From: Raillietiella orientalis
Taxonomy: Eukaryota
Reading direction: 5' to 3'
NCBI GenBank assembly: GCA_036172245.1
Contig: JAYWIR010000023.1
Location: forward strand, 2,604,001 to 2,668,000
Length of the DNA stretch: 64,000 bases
The translations under genes and the position numbers were made by a program. The notes under the pieces are model-generated. The model ran no database searches and had not been told where the DNA came from. It saw only the letters and a list, made by a program, of their open reading frames with translations. Numbering within the stretch: the stretch's first letter is position 1; every line of letters begins with the position of its first letter. This document shows positions 1 through 12,100 of this stretch, piece by piece.

Positions 1-620
1 TGCTCCACAGGAGAAGTCCCTTGGCCCGATCCGGAGTGGCGGCATCCATCAGCTCATTTGTCTTCCAGCTGCCAAGGAGCTTGATCTCTCCCGCGATTGT
101 GCAGAAGAACTCCCACCCTGTCGGTAGGCAACTGTCATTGCTTTCCCTAAGGGCAAGGGGTGTGGCGGCTAGGCGATTCCACTTCTTGTCTGCATGACGT
201 CTTCCAGAGAGTTACTCAGCAGAAGTCTCAGGCCTCGAAGATCTTCCGGGCGCATTCCCATGTTAGCAGCACATGACGCAATGGACTCCTGCCGCCATGC
301 AGTGAAGTTCATAGGGCGGCAGGAGATCCAACGTTGGGCTTCCAGTAGCGAAGCAAATTGCCCCAGCGGTAATCCAAATCCTTTCCTGGTGTGCCGAAAG
401 TGCAGCAGCAACGGAAGCAGTCCTTGACTGTCGGTGCAGCGCTGAAGGAGAAGGTTCTCAGGAAGACATCAAGGAGTACACCAGAGTTTGTCACATAGTT
501 CCAGCATTCGGAACTGCACCTGCAGTCCGATCTTCTCGATGGCCAGGATGCCCAAGCCTGACGTGGGAGATGGAGATCGAGGTCTTGAAAGACGCACAAC
601 CAAGTAGCAGCTTCCACTGT
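1..620 (-). mobile_element. Degenerate L1/Tx1-like non-LTR retrotransposon ORF2 fragment (post-RT region), cut by the window edge
   Basis: The minus strand near 1-90 translates LGSWKTNELMDAATPDRAKGLLLWS. This aligns by eye with LGEWSTGQLTDAATPSARPRGLLLLG at ~15810-15885, which lies upstream of a zf-RVT-like motif. Frameshifted. Confidence 0.55.
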
Positions 621-1423
621 TCGCTTGCGTTGCTACGAAAACAAGCTGTGGGCGAAGGAATCATCACGGATGGGTTTAATGTTGTTTGTGTGTTATTTAA
701 CAGGGAGGATGTATGGAGTGTTAATGGGTGGTTGAGCTAGTAATAGGAAATATAGGTATGTTGGTGTGGTGCGTTCAGTAGCTCAAATGATTTCTTATGA
801 GGTATGTATGATATGCCAACTCGAAAAGCTGCTGAAGGAAGAGCAGGATGTTAGACCCATCCATGTCGCGATAATGAGAACAGGCACCCATCCCGCCCTA
901 TCCTGTGTTGGTTTTTTTTTTTCATCTGGCACCTCACGGACCAGAGTAAGGAGTAGGTGGCATCAGGTCTGGCTCACTTTATTGCCTTTGGTGAAGACAG
1001 AATGGCAAGAGTTGAGCGGCTGGCTCGACTGCCTTCTGGAAGAGGGGAGAAACGGGGAAGGGGAAGATTCTAGATCAATCCACGGGGTCTTGTCCATCTG
1101 CTGCCCTGGTGCGGATCCGATCAGGGCGTTCTGCAAGCCTTGGCCTCCGGTGACAGCAGACCGGTCTCAGACCGATGGGAGGTGTTCATAGAGCAGTCTC
1201 CCCTCAAACCTCTTCAATCTGAGGAGAGTCTTGCAGAAGAAGCGGCTGATGGCTTCTCTAAGCATGATGTCGAGGAGCGTCCACTTCATCCTCGTGGCAG
1301 TGTTGAATCGTGGAAAACATCAGCCAATTGTAATCTCCAGAAACACTTCGTTTTGTAAAGGTGATCCTGCTGGGAAAGCACTATTGCAGTGTTCTGTCAA
1401 CAATGGTGTTTGGCATTGAGATG

Positions 1424-1831
1424 AAAAAAAAAACACACACACGATGTAAGAGAGAACAGGAAAAGAAACTGAAAAGAAAGGGTGGATGCCCCACGGAAGC
1501 CTGCAACGCACCTTAGTTTGCGCGAAGACAAAGTTTACAGGGAATATAGTCAGTGACAAACATGGGACATCCGAGCCGCTATCTCCAACTATGGGTCATC
1601 TTACCCATCCAGACTTCCAGACAAAGGCTCGCTCTTAGCGGAGTGGCGTGTCCACTGCTGGTGTCCCAACAGGTGCTTCTGATATCCCTCCCTCTCCTCA
1701 TATCCATCTCCCTGTAAACTTTGTCTTCGTGCAAACTAAGGTGCGTTGCAGGCTTCCGTGGGGCATCCACCCTTTCTTTCCAGTTTCTTTTCCTGTTCTC
1801 TCTTACATCGAGTGTTTTTTTTTTTTTTTTT
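1424..1831. repeat. Foldback / MITE-like element with ~120-bp near-perfect inverted arms (1424-1543 and 1709-1831) and a ~165-bp spacer
   Basis: The left arm cgatgtaagagagaacaggaaaagaaactg...aagtttacaggga is the reverse complement of tccctgtaaactttg...ctcttacatcg with only a few mismatches. The arms are bounded by an A run and a T run. Confidence 0.85.
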
Positions 1832-2429
1832 AAACTATGTGCGGATTAGTTTTCGATTCGCTCTCATCTTTCTCATGAAGGCTCCGCCATCTTTGGCACT
1901 TCTCCGTGATGCCGCAATCCACGGTTGGTTGAAGCAGCTCGTCGTGGCACATCGCCTTCGCCGGTCGGGGACTGACCTTTTGCTTTTGGTTCGCCAAGTG
2001 CTGAAAAGGACCGTTCGCCACCTTAGCGGAGGCTCACGGAGCTCTTTAGGGCTGTCCACCCACCCGAGGGTGCACATGAACTCTCCAAGTTATAGGGTGC
2101 AACCCCAAAGGGACCAAGACCACCAGGAAAACTTCGGAGGAATGAGTCCGTTCCTCATACGCTTGGGAGGCAACCCCGAAGGGAACCGTCTTCCCGGTTG
2201 TCACCGATTTCCACCCGGACCCACCGGCCGTTCCTTAAAATTTAAAAGAAACTCACAAATTGTGATTGGACACGTGGCCCTACCATACTCCGTTTGTCCA
2301 TGGATCTTCCGGGCCCCAGGTGTGCAGATCGGAGAGGCCCCCTTGACATCGGAGGGGGAGGAGAGAAAACAAAAAGGAAAATAAAAGGAAGAGTAAATAA
2401 AAATAAACGAAAACTTCGAGAGGGTCAGA

Positions 2430-2960
2430 AGGGACCCCTGTCCACTGGGGGGATTCTGCATCCTCTATAGGATGCCAGCATCCAGGTCCACCCTGTTTGT
2501 CTCCGAAAAGTAAACCCGAAGGGAACCTCTTCCTTATTCTCTCCGGAGGGAACCACTAAAGTGGGATCACTCCTCATTGCTTCTCCGGAGGAAACCCAGG
2601 AATGATGCGCTCCTGGAATTTCTTCTCCGGAGGACACCCCTGCAAAGGAGTCGCTCTTTGTTGGTGCTCCTCCGAAGACAATCTTGAAGGGTGCTTCCCA
2701 AGTTCTCTGAGGGGGCATTCCCCGAAGGGAGCAGAGCGATTCTTGATGCTCTGGAGAAGCAACCCCCTGAGGAGGTACCGACCAACTACATGGTACGCGA
2801 TGGAGAGCCCTATCTTCCCGAAGGGGGTGGGGGTGGGGGACGACTCCATTTCCACAATCGGAGGGGAACCCCGAAGGCTTCTGGATGTCCTGGAAGGACC
2901 CAGAAGGTAGTCTCCAATCCCTGCTAGTCAACGGGGACATCTGAGGAGTTCCGACTCCCA
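2430..2960 (+). mobile_element. Degenerate fragment of the same non-LTR family (homologous to ~15190-15560)
   Basis: FSEGAFPEGSRAILDALEK here matches FSEGSLPEDRSALLHALGR at ~15333 with synonymous third-position changes. The ggaatttcttct and cacaa.cggag.ggaac blocks are shared. Confidence 0.6.
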
Positions 2961-2969
2961 CTTGTGCTG

Positions 2970-3140
2970 CACCCGAAGCCCGTAGACCAACCAGCGTCAT
3001 CCTGCAAGGAGGACTCGAATCCCACGACTCACTCCGGTTCTCGATGTCGATCCTTCCTCAGGAGGGATTCGAACTCTCGCAACGTTCGGTGCGGAGTGCG
3101 GAGTCCGCAGCCGCGCGGCCTCCGACGCGGGCTGTCGAGT
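2970..3140 (-). mobile_element. tRNA-derived SINE-like element with two B-box-like motifs (copy 1)
   Basis: The minus strand has GTTCGAATCC (3074-3065) and ATTCGAGTCC (3020-3011), with an A-box-like GGCCGCGCGG upstream. A second diverged copy is at 16655-16810. Confidence 0.5.
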
Positions 3141-4499
3141 AGCCCCACAATCGTTTTGAATCGCAACACTCCCCCTCCAGGGAGAAGCTCGTATGAACTG
3201 GATAAGACCGGATGCGGTACGGATAGTTTCCGCCTTTGCCTACCGGGCTCGGAGGTGAAGGCAGTCGGAGAGTTTCCGTAGCTCCCCAACTTCATCCAGA
3301 TTGCAGCCCCGAATGCCGACGTCATTCACGCGGCAACCGCCGTGTTTCGAAAGCGAAGAGCCCGTCCCGAGATCCAGTTCTGAATCCTTGCAGGACTTTC
3401 GGAGGGCTGCAGATCACTCTCTCGCTGCTCCGAGCTACGATTCGACCGCAGGGCCCTCCGAGGAGTTTGGCGGAGGCTGGCTTCAGGACTCTGCATCGCA
3501 CATGGAAGACACTAGTCGAGGGCTTGCTCGAGCGATTCTTTGCCAGAAGCGGAGTCGCGACAGGCGCCGTGATTGCGTCGCATCCCCGCTCCATTTGTCG
3601 GACAGATTCTCGAGCTCAGCGGAGGGAGGTCGCGAGGACAGGTGGCCTCACCTGCAGGAAGAAGTCGGGGAAGCACCTCTGCTGAGCAGGAAGAAGCGAC
3701 TAGAACCAACTACTCCTGTTACCGTCCCCACCCTTTATTTATTGATTGATTGTCCCCTTCTCTTGCACTTCGGACTATTCCAGCGAACGACCTGCGTGTC
3801 CCTGAACCCCCCTTTCGAACCTCTTCGTAGTTGCTGTTGCGGAAACTGCGTTCCCAGCATGTATGTTTGCTTTCACAAGATAAACGCCTCGGGGTCAAAG
3901 CTCACATCTCGGCACCTTTAGCTCCCGAGATGGGCGCGTCGCAACGCTTGAAACAAAAATTTTCAAACTTCTTCAGCTCGAGATTGCTGAAGGAACCTCA
4001 AGGGCTACGTGGGAGCAAATTGTTGACCTGGACTTCCTGGGGAACATTCTTGGCGCCTTCCATTTACATCCGCCTTTTGCAGTTCAGAAGACACGTTGGT
4101 AGAAGGTAAGCAGGGTGCAGCGGAAACTCTTCCGTTCTTTTTTTTTCCTTTTTTTTTTTCGAAAAAAAAAAAAATCAAAATATCGAAACATCGGAACCGT
4201 TTTTGTACATCCACAAATGTTTTTGTATTTCCGAAGAAGCAAGTACAAACGGTTCGTTCGTTCGTCTGTCTTTCCGGTCACAGAGTTTCGCTGAGTCCCC
4301 ATTTTAGCCGAATACCCCGAACAGCCGACGTCACTTACATCAAGAAGTGGCGATCCGGGATGCCCTCTTTCATCTCCGAGATCCCCACTCGAATCCTGCG
4401 CCGGCCTCCACCTTTCCTTGCTGCACAACGTATGATGGCTTGTCCGACAACGGGCGACCACGCCGCTTCACCGAAGAGCGTTGTTACGATGTCCACGGG

Positions 4500-5580
4500 G
4501 CAGCCGGTGTTTCCACCCGGGTACGCCCGGGGCGTTTATTGAAACTCTACAAAAACGTGGTACGAGGCCCCACTAACGGCCGCACAACACCGGACCTGCC
4601 GGGACGCCGGGACGCAGCCCGGCGTGACGCTCCTCGGCAGTGGAGGGGAGTTTGGGAGAAAACAAAAAAAATAAAATAAAGAAAAACAAAAGGAGTTTGG
4701 AGGGAGGGGAAGGGATCACTATGCACTAGGAGGAGGGCCCATCCTTCGCAGGATGCCCTCTAGGTCCTTCTGCGTTTGTCCCAGATGGGGCCATCTCGCA
4801 GCTCTTCGCATGAAGCTCACAGCATACGGGATGACTTCCCTCTCGTTGGCATCCACTCCTTCGTCGCAAATGTCGCTCCAGGCCGCCACGATGCCCCGGA
4901 TGCAGCAGAGGACTGCGAGGGCTGCGGCGGGCTGCAGGGCGTTCCGCACGAAGAGGGGCCGAAGAACGTCTCTGGGCGCGCTGCCCATTGGGAGCCCGAG
5001 GGTCGTCCCGAACCGTTCCCACAGGGGTCGGATGGCAGCACAGTCAACTAGAAGGTGGGGGAGCGATTCCCGCTCCCCACACCTGGCACACTCAGGGCAG
5101 CCGGTGGGGAGTCCTGGACTGGGAGGGACGCGACGCCAATGCAATTCCTTGTACCCAATTCGTCCCATCGTTCCCGGCGACAGGATCCTTGCCTAAAGGC
5201 TCTGGAGGGTTTCAGGACGCCTGCGTCTGGAACGTCCTTTCCAGAAACGGGGAGGGGCAAGCGGGAAGAGAAGTCACTCTTCGAGTTTCGCCCTTCCAAT
5301 GAGGAGTGGTACGACAAGAACCTTTGTCGGAATTTTCGGGTCCGAGTTCTTTGAGCCACCAGGACTTCCCGTCATTACTGACTGTTTGATATCCCCGCCT
5401 GGGACGCTCCTCGCCCTGCATCCCAATGGGAGAATCCTTCAGTACTTTCCGCGGACCGAGGAGCGCCTGGAGTGCTGCACACTCGCGCCTCTAGCGTGTG
5501 CCCGGTCAACCCGCAGAAAGATGAGTGTCTCCGTAGGACCCTAGCCGGAATGGGAAAAGATCAGCAGAAGGCAACTAAAC
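4500..5580 (-). mobile_element. 3' part of an L1/Tx1-like non-LTR retrotransposon: C-terminal zf-RVT-like domain plus 3' UTR
   Basis: ORF 4719-5168 has CARCGERESLPHLLVDCAAIRPLW (CxxC-E-xxH-xxxxC-W, typical of the L1/Tx1 ORF2 C-terminus). It is followed by a T-rich UTR and AATAAA (4540-4535). Confidence 0.75.
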
Positions 5581-8500
5581 GGGACGAAACCAGGGAGGAT
5601 CATTTCTTCTTTTTTATTTTATTTATTTTTGAGACGGATCCAGAAGGAGAAACGAATCTGTAGCAAACAGATGGGATCTCACGCTTCTCCAGTGGAATTG
5701 GCAGAACAGAATTGACCTGAGAACGCCCGGATAATCCTTGAAATCATAAAGACATGTCAAATCGAGTGGCTAGGGAAAAAATAAGGAGAATCAGATGATC
5801 GTTGATGTAAGAAGATGAGGATTTCCTTTCTTTTCTTTTCTTTTTTTTAGCGGCAGGTGGATTGGATGGAGTACAATCTCCAGCCGGTGGCAAGCTGCAT
5901 CTCTGAATTTAGATCCTTGGGGAAGAAAACATAACGAAAGCATAGCAGAAAAAGTATGAGCCGGTACTTTGGTTCCCGTCGTACCTGCCCAGGTGGAAGG
6001 CGCAATAAGAACGAAATCTGATTTCGGGTATTCCGATCCTCAAGTACCTAGGCATCACCCTCGCTGTTTTTTTCGTGGTTGCTCTCATGATGGTGAACTG
6101 GAAGAGTTTCGTGACAACCATACCACATCAAAGATCCTCATGAGGTGTTGCCATGGCGAGTTGCGCCTTCGTCCCATAAAATAATCGGTTGATCCATGCA
6201 GTTCGAGATGCAACACCTCTTGAACCTCGCATCGACGGATTCCTGAGAGCTGCTTTTGCAAGAATTAAGGGTCCTCCAGTTTTCCTCCTTCCGTGCTGGG
6301 GCATGGCTACCAACCAAAGCGCACTCTGGCTAATGTTTCCGAAGAATCCAAAGCTATTGCTTACCAGTTCAGGGAGCCGTAATTACGAAGCCATTCTCAA
6401 CTGCAAGCAATTTGATGTCATTACCAGGCCTCAAGATGTTCTTTTTTTTTTTCTAATTCTGAATTACTCTTAGAGCTCTTAATTGCCGTGAAATCTTCCA
6501 AGGCTATTTTTATCACTAGATCGAGAACTCTCTACGGAGTATTAGGCACTAAAAATAAACGAATTTTCCTGGTGGCAAAAAATAAACCTTGTCTCGATTT
6601 TCAGGTAGAAAGTTTGAGAAAGAACGTCGGCTTATGTTTGAAAGGCACGGCGTTCCTGTTACCGCTCAAACCAAGTCCCTTTAATTATTCAGCCACAAGA
6701 ACGAGTCGGAATTCCTGGCTAGGAAGAGCTGTTCGTGCAAATTCACACGTAATTGCATTCGTTATCCACGTCACTCACAGTCAGCGACTCCGAAAACCAC
6801 CCAGAGTGGTTTGAGAACCGATGACCCAGGGTAAGTTCAAGAACGAGAGGAGGTAACAAAAACACCTCGAACACCGAATCCACACACGTTTGGGGCTGCT
6901 CGCTCCAGGGCTGGCCACCGCAGCTGTACCATCTGTTGGCGAACGGACACACTAATCCCACTCCATCCCAGCCACATTTCGTTGTTCTAGCGGACGAAGT
7001 AACCAAAACTCCACCTTCCTCGGGGATTTTTCAATTTTGTATAAAACACGCGTAAATACGTTGGGCATATTCGTCCACAGTGAGTATTAATGTATAAGTC
7101 GGAAGCAAACATTTTAATTATCCCAAAATGTAATTTTCACAAAATAATAATTTTCTTACAAACACCCTTCCTTGGATGTTATTTGATAGACACAGTACAG
7201 CACAAAAATGTGCAGTTGTTTCACCTAAATTGATTTCACATTTTATTCTCATTAAAAGTAAATGTAAGTAACCAGATCCTTGAATGCAGTTTAGAACGCT
7301 TAGAATTCATCTAATTAACTTGGTATGAATTTTGTATTGAACCCTCTTAAGTCACTGAGGAAGAGCGTCTTGGATTTGTTGCACTTAAGCATAATTGATG
7401 ATCTTCCCTTCAAATATTTTTATTCCTGTACAGAAGATGGGGACATTAGTAGTACTTAAGGTTTGGTAAGGCTTGCCTGATTAATTGGATAGCAACTCCT
7501 TAACGGATGACACAAAATGCAACAGCGATTGTGTATAAATCTTTAGAAGCAAGTAATCAAATTTTATCAGCTTCCTCTTCCAAACTAAACTCAGGCATCA
7601 TTTTAATCCGAAATTCTAATGTTTTCCACTTTCTGAATGACCACTCTGCATAATGATGGTCCCCTTATCTAGTTTTTAGCATTCTTCTACCAACCACTTT
7701 TTCCAGCATAGTTTTCTTAACAACTCTCACACAAAAATGAATTTGTGGCCACGTTCTGTGCACCTTTAAGTCAGTGGACTATAAGCATAGTTATGAAGCC
7801 AGCAAATAATTATTCCTGAATAACATAGCTCTCCATGCATAAATTATCATAGGGTGATATCGTAAATGAAAGCTCTTTCTATTTAGATTCGAGAGGTTTT
7901 TCTTCATTACGGCCGCAGAAATAAAAACAAGCGTATCGAGCTACCAAAGAAAAATTAAACTAATCTTCCTCGAGGACCAGGATGCAATTTCTGTAAGCTC
8001 TGTGTCACAAGTTGAGCTACTTCACTGGACTTCCTCTGGATGATATACTGGCTTACTATGGACAAGGGAACAAGATGTTTCGAATGCTGCTATGGAGACC
8101 GAGTGACGTTCACAGATGATGGTATCGGAATCTCGAAATTCAGGTTACATCAGGAGGAAAAAAAAAAAGCGTCCAGAATGGTTGTGTCTTTAGATGTGCA
8201 ATCTCATCTTCAAACGGCTGATTTTTTTTTTTGGTTTGGCTGTTGGCTATTCGTTGCTTTTTACATCCTTCGGAGTCCTTTCAGAAAAACGCATGAAACG
8301 ATGCGTTCTTACACACAAGATATAAATCAAATGTAAGAAAACCGTGTACGAAACGCTTCGAATTCAAACGTGCTTATCCTCTTAAAAAGCTCCTTCGATA
8401 TGAAACTACATCCATTATTCAGAATCCAGATCCTTGTCTTTGATTTGATTTTATGATTTTTTATGAAGTCGAGTTAGGAATTTTCATTCATGTGCCTTTC

Positions 8501-9151
8501 ATTCAAAGTAGCAAGGATTGGATTTTCGTGTCTTTTGATCCTGGTGATGAGTCCAGCATCTGGATTTATTCAAAGTCAACCTTTGATCTCTTTTTTCTGC
8601 TTCCCTTGAATCGGCATACTCGGCTTGATCTTTGACTTAAAACTCCATTTTTAGTTCTAAATGAGAAATGGACATCTTTTTAGCATTCCTGGCAAATGCT
8701 ATCACCGTCCGTCTTGTGGTCTTCACCAGCAGGTTCTTTTTATTCAAGAGCGCAAGAGTCTCAAATATTCCACTCATTCGAGAGAGCCCACGAAACTTTT
8801 TGATCGTATCACATGGGAAAACTTGTGAGTTGATTTGTTGAGGAAGATTCGCATCCAAAATACGCTCTTTGAATCTTGCAAAAGGAGATTTCTCAAGCAG
8901 ATCAGATTCCAAGGTTCTTCCGTTTGCTACTACCATGATATTGAGAGTGCAGCAGAAACAGTGAGAGAGGTGGAATGTGAGGAAGGATTCGGTGCTGAGT
9001 CATTTTCTCACAGTTGGTTGTTGCTTAGAACGCCCTGCCTTTTTAACTTGGTGTTTACGTCCGACGTCACTCCTAGCTCCCACAGTGCACTGGTATTTCA
9101 TGGTATTAGAGATTTCTGCTCTGAGATTTCCTCCTCTATGTATTTTTCAGT

Positions 9152-9192
9152 CATCCATCCAGAAATGAGATGATCTCATTTCGGGATGGATG
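9152..9192. repeat. 41-bp near-perfect palindrome
   Basis: catccatcc-a-gaaatgagat-g-atctcatttc-g-ggatggatg: arms of 9+10 bp with one mismatch and a 1-nt centre. Confidence 0.9.
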
Positions 9193-12100
9193 GATAACCG
9201 CTTTCAGCTGGAAAGTGAAACTACCGTGCCATTCCGTTGGCCTCAATAGATCTTTTTCGTCCATATCCGTAGCTATCATTATCGTTTTGGATGATTCTCA
9301 GATTAGAAGCTTCATCTTCAGGATCATCGAAGCACAGACCCTATCACTCTAGAGCATTTCAAAAAGTTTCACAGCATCCTTGTCATCCTCACCTGAAGTT
9401 CAGGCGGAAAGATCCGTCACAGACTCGGTTGCTGTATGCAAGGTGGCCTCAGTTGTAGAAGCCTGTTCAATGAAATTAAGATGCAGCCAATGTGTGATTC
9501 ATGACAACACATGATGGCGACCTTCGCTACGATGTGCTTCTCTTCTGCTACTTACTGGCGGTTTCATTTATGAGGGAACCAGAATTTTTTGTTCTTGCGC
9601 ACTGTTGAAGGTATGTTTTAAAAAGAGACGTTTTTCCTCAAGAACACAACTTTTTGATAGACTTGGAAAGAAGGAATTTTGCACAAGATAAGTGCAGGAT
9701 TCTCTGATACCAATTTGGTAATCTCATCCCTGCTTCTCAGTGCAGGGAACCTTAAACGAAAAACTACGAAAAAAGCTGAAAATCGTGAGCTTGGAAACTT
9801 TTGTGTCTTGTCACTGCCTCTCAAAGAGATACTTCCTCAATTCTTATTAGCCAAAAAAAAAAAAAAAAACGAAAGGAAAAAAAGAGGAAGGAGAAGAAAG
9901 AAAAAAGACTCTTTAAATGGAAACTAGGATGGCAGCGTAGAATATAAAACCATCTCAAGGTTCAGTCAATCTCTTCACATTCATCCGCAGAAAACTCGTC
10001 AGACGAAGAACATGAAAGCAAACGGAATTTCTGTGGGGTGACCTTAAAGATTTCATTCAGGAAGACCATCATGATCTCAATGTGAACGGAACGGGCTTAA
10101 TCGGAAGTCACTGTACAAGTTGGCTCAGTGCCACGAGACTGGTTTGATTTTGAGGTGAGGTCAACAAAGATGAAAGCTACCAACTGATGGCTTCTGCTTC
10201 AACCGGAAATCGTAAGTTGCCTTCAGCTGAACAGCCCCCGCGTTTGTTCCAAGTGTGCCAATGACGAGTTTAGGAATCGTCAGCTAGAGATTTGGTGCTA
10301 AAAAAAAAAAAAAAAAGAGAAAAAAAAAAAAAAAACTCCCCAGTGATTCGTGCGAGCAATTGAAATGATTTCCTGCCTGTTTCAGCGAGGGCAACACCCT
10401 TTTCTATGGAAAATGAATAGTTGCTTTCCGCAGCATTTATAGGTCGGATGACGCGTCAGTAGAACATGGCCAGGAAAATCTATCAGAGTGGCCGTGAAGA
10501 TCCATTCCGTGTCTAACAGGGGAAAGAGAAACAGATTTCGCCGCTTCATTTGGGTCGCAAGTTTTAGGTGGTGGAAACGCGTTCGAACGAAGAAAACGGA
10601 TGGCAAATAGTTGCATTTCAGAAAGAGTGCAGAACCACTGGGATGTTCTAAGAAAATTTTGAGGACTTAGCGGGATCCCCGATCAAAACCCACCACATGC
10701 TTTTTAGTTTACTTCAGAGCTGTTGAAATAATACACACTGAAAACGATTCAGCAGAAGAAATCAAGAAAAAGAAAAAAAAAAAAAAAACAGAGCTGGCCA
10801 AGACACAGCAAAGAGAGCCAAGAACGTGGCAAAGAAACCGCCAGCCTAATTCAATGGAGCCATTTCGAAACTCTTGCTAAATACTTCTTCACTAGCATCA
10901 TGAATTTTAGAGATCAGATGAAGAGAACGCGTATGAGGAAAATAAAAATGAGCAAATAATGTTTGCACAAGTTTCCAGAATTTTTTACTGAGAAAGGCTA
11001 TGCTGACCCCCTCATAATTCCTCCTAAATAAAGTTCCATCAAACGCTCCTCTATGTCTGTTTCAGCTCAACCGAAAACTCCTTAACACAACATCATTAAC
11101 CCTCCCTGCTTAATCACCACGAATTGCTGGATCACATATTTAATGGAGACATGGACCTTCAGTTTGAAAGACACCTGTCTCTGAGCATCTAAGAGAGATT
11201 TTTTGATTAAGCTGTGAGGATGGAGACCGGAAATATGGAATGAAGAAACAGTGACTCAATGTGGAAGTCAATTGAGGTAATGTGGTAATGGGTTGCTTGA
11301 TGATTCATGCATGCATCCGATCAATACTTAATAGCTCAATTAGTTTTCACCCTCCGGTCATGGTGAAACTCGAAGGCTTTGAAGAACTTCACAAACATCA
11401 GACAACAGTTGGGTCCGCAATCGCCATTGCAACGAGCATTTCCTTTACAACGACTCTGAGTTTCTGTTGCTCATTCCAGAGTTCAGTCTCGGCACTCATT
11501 CATGATGCTTTCCGTATCCTCCCAGATATTCGCGCTTTTTATCTTGCCACCACTCGATAGTCTTCTGAGTGCAGCGAGTACCGGCTTTTCTAGTTTCCTT
11601 GCTACAGCGACCGCCGCTTCATTATGATCGTTTTGCTCAGAAGAGATCAAGCAACCACTTTTCAGATTCGTTATTGTCTCTTTTGGATTTGTCTTTATTC
11701 GGCATCAAGTACTGTTCCGTCTTGCTAATTCCGAATTATCAATGATGATTTGAAATTTGTGTACTTCCCAGTGCTATCCTCCTACCATTCCGAGCTCATA
11801 TGCCAATGGTTCCTAAGACATGTGGCCTTACCTGTGGCATCGGTGAGAATGAGGTAGTAGAATGAAACCAAAACTGGTTATTGCTGTTAACTGTTGATAA
11901 CTGTTCAAACAATCAGATGTTATTGCTATTCTCATCCATTTTTCAAAGCCAAGAATTTCTCTTTCGTTTTAATGAACGTCTGGCAATCAAGTTGGTGTCA
12001 ATTTGCTTCACTTCAAATCCATATTAGTCCTTCTGTAATCACAATGATGAATTGTGGACTTGTGATGCAATGAAGCCAAAATCGTATAATAATCTTCTAG

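Noticed and set aside
5900..9550. Short ORFs that look like eroded coding sequence
   Set aside because: No recognisable motif, so they cannot be assigned without a profile search.
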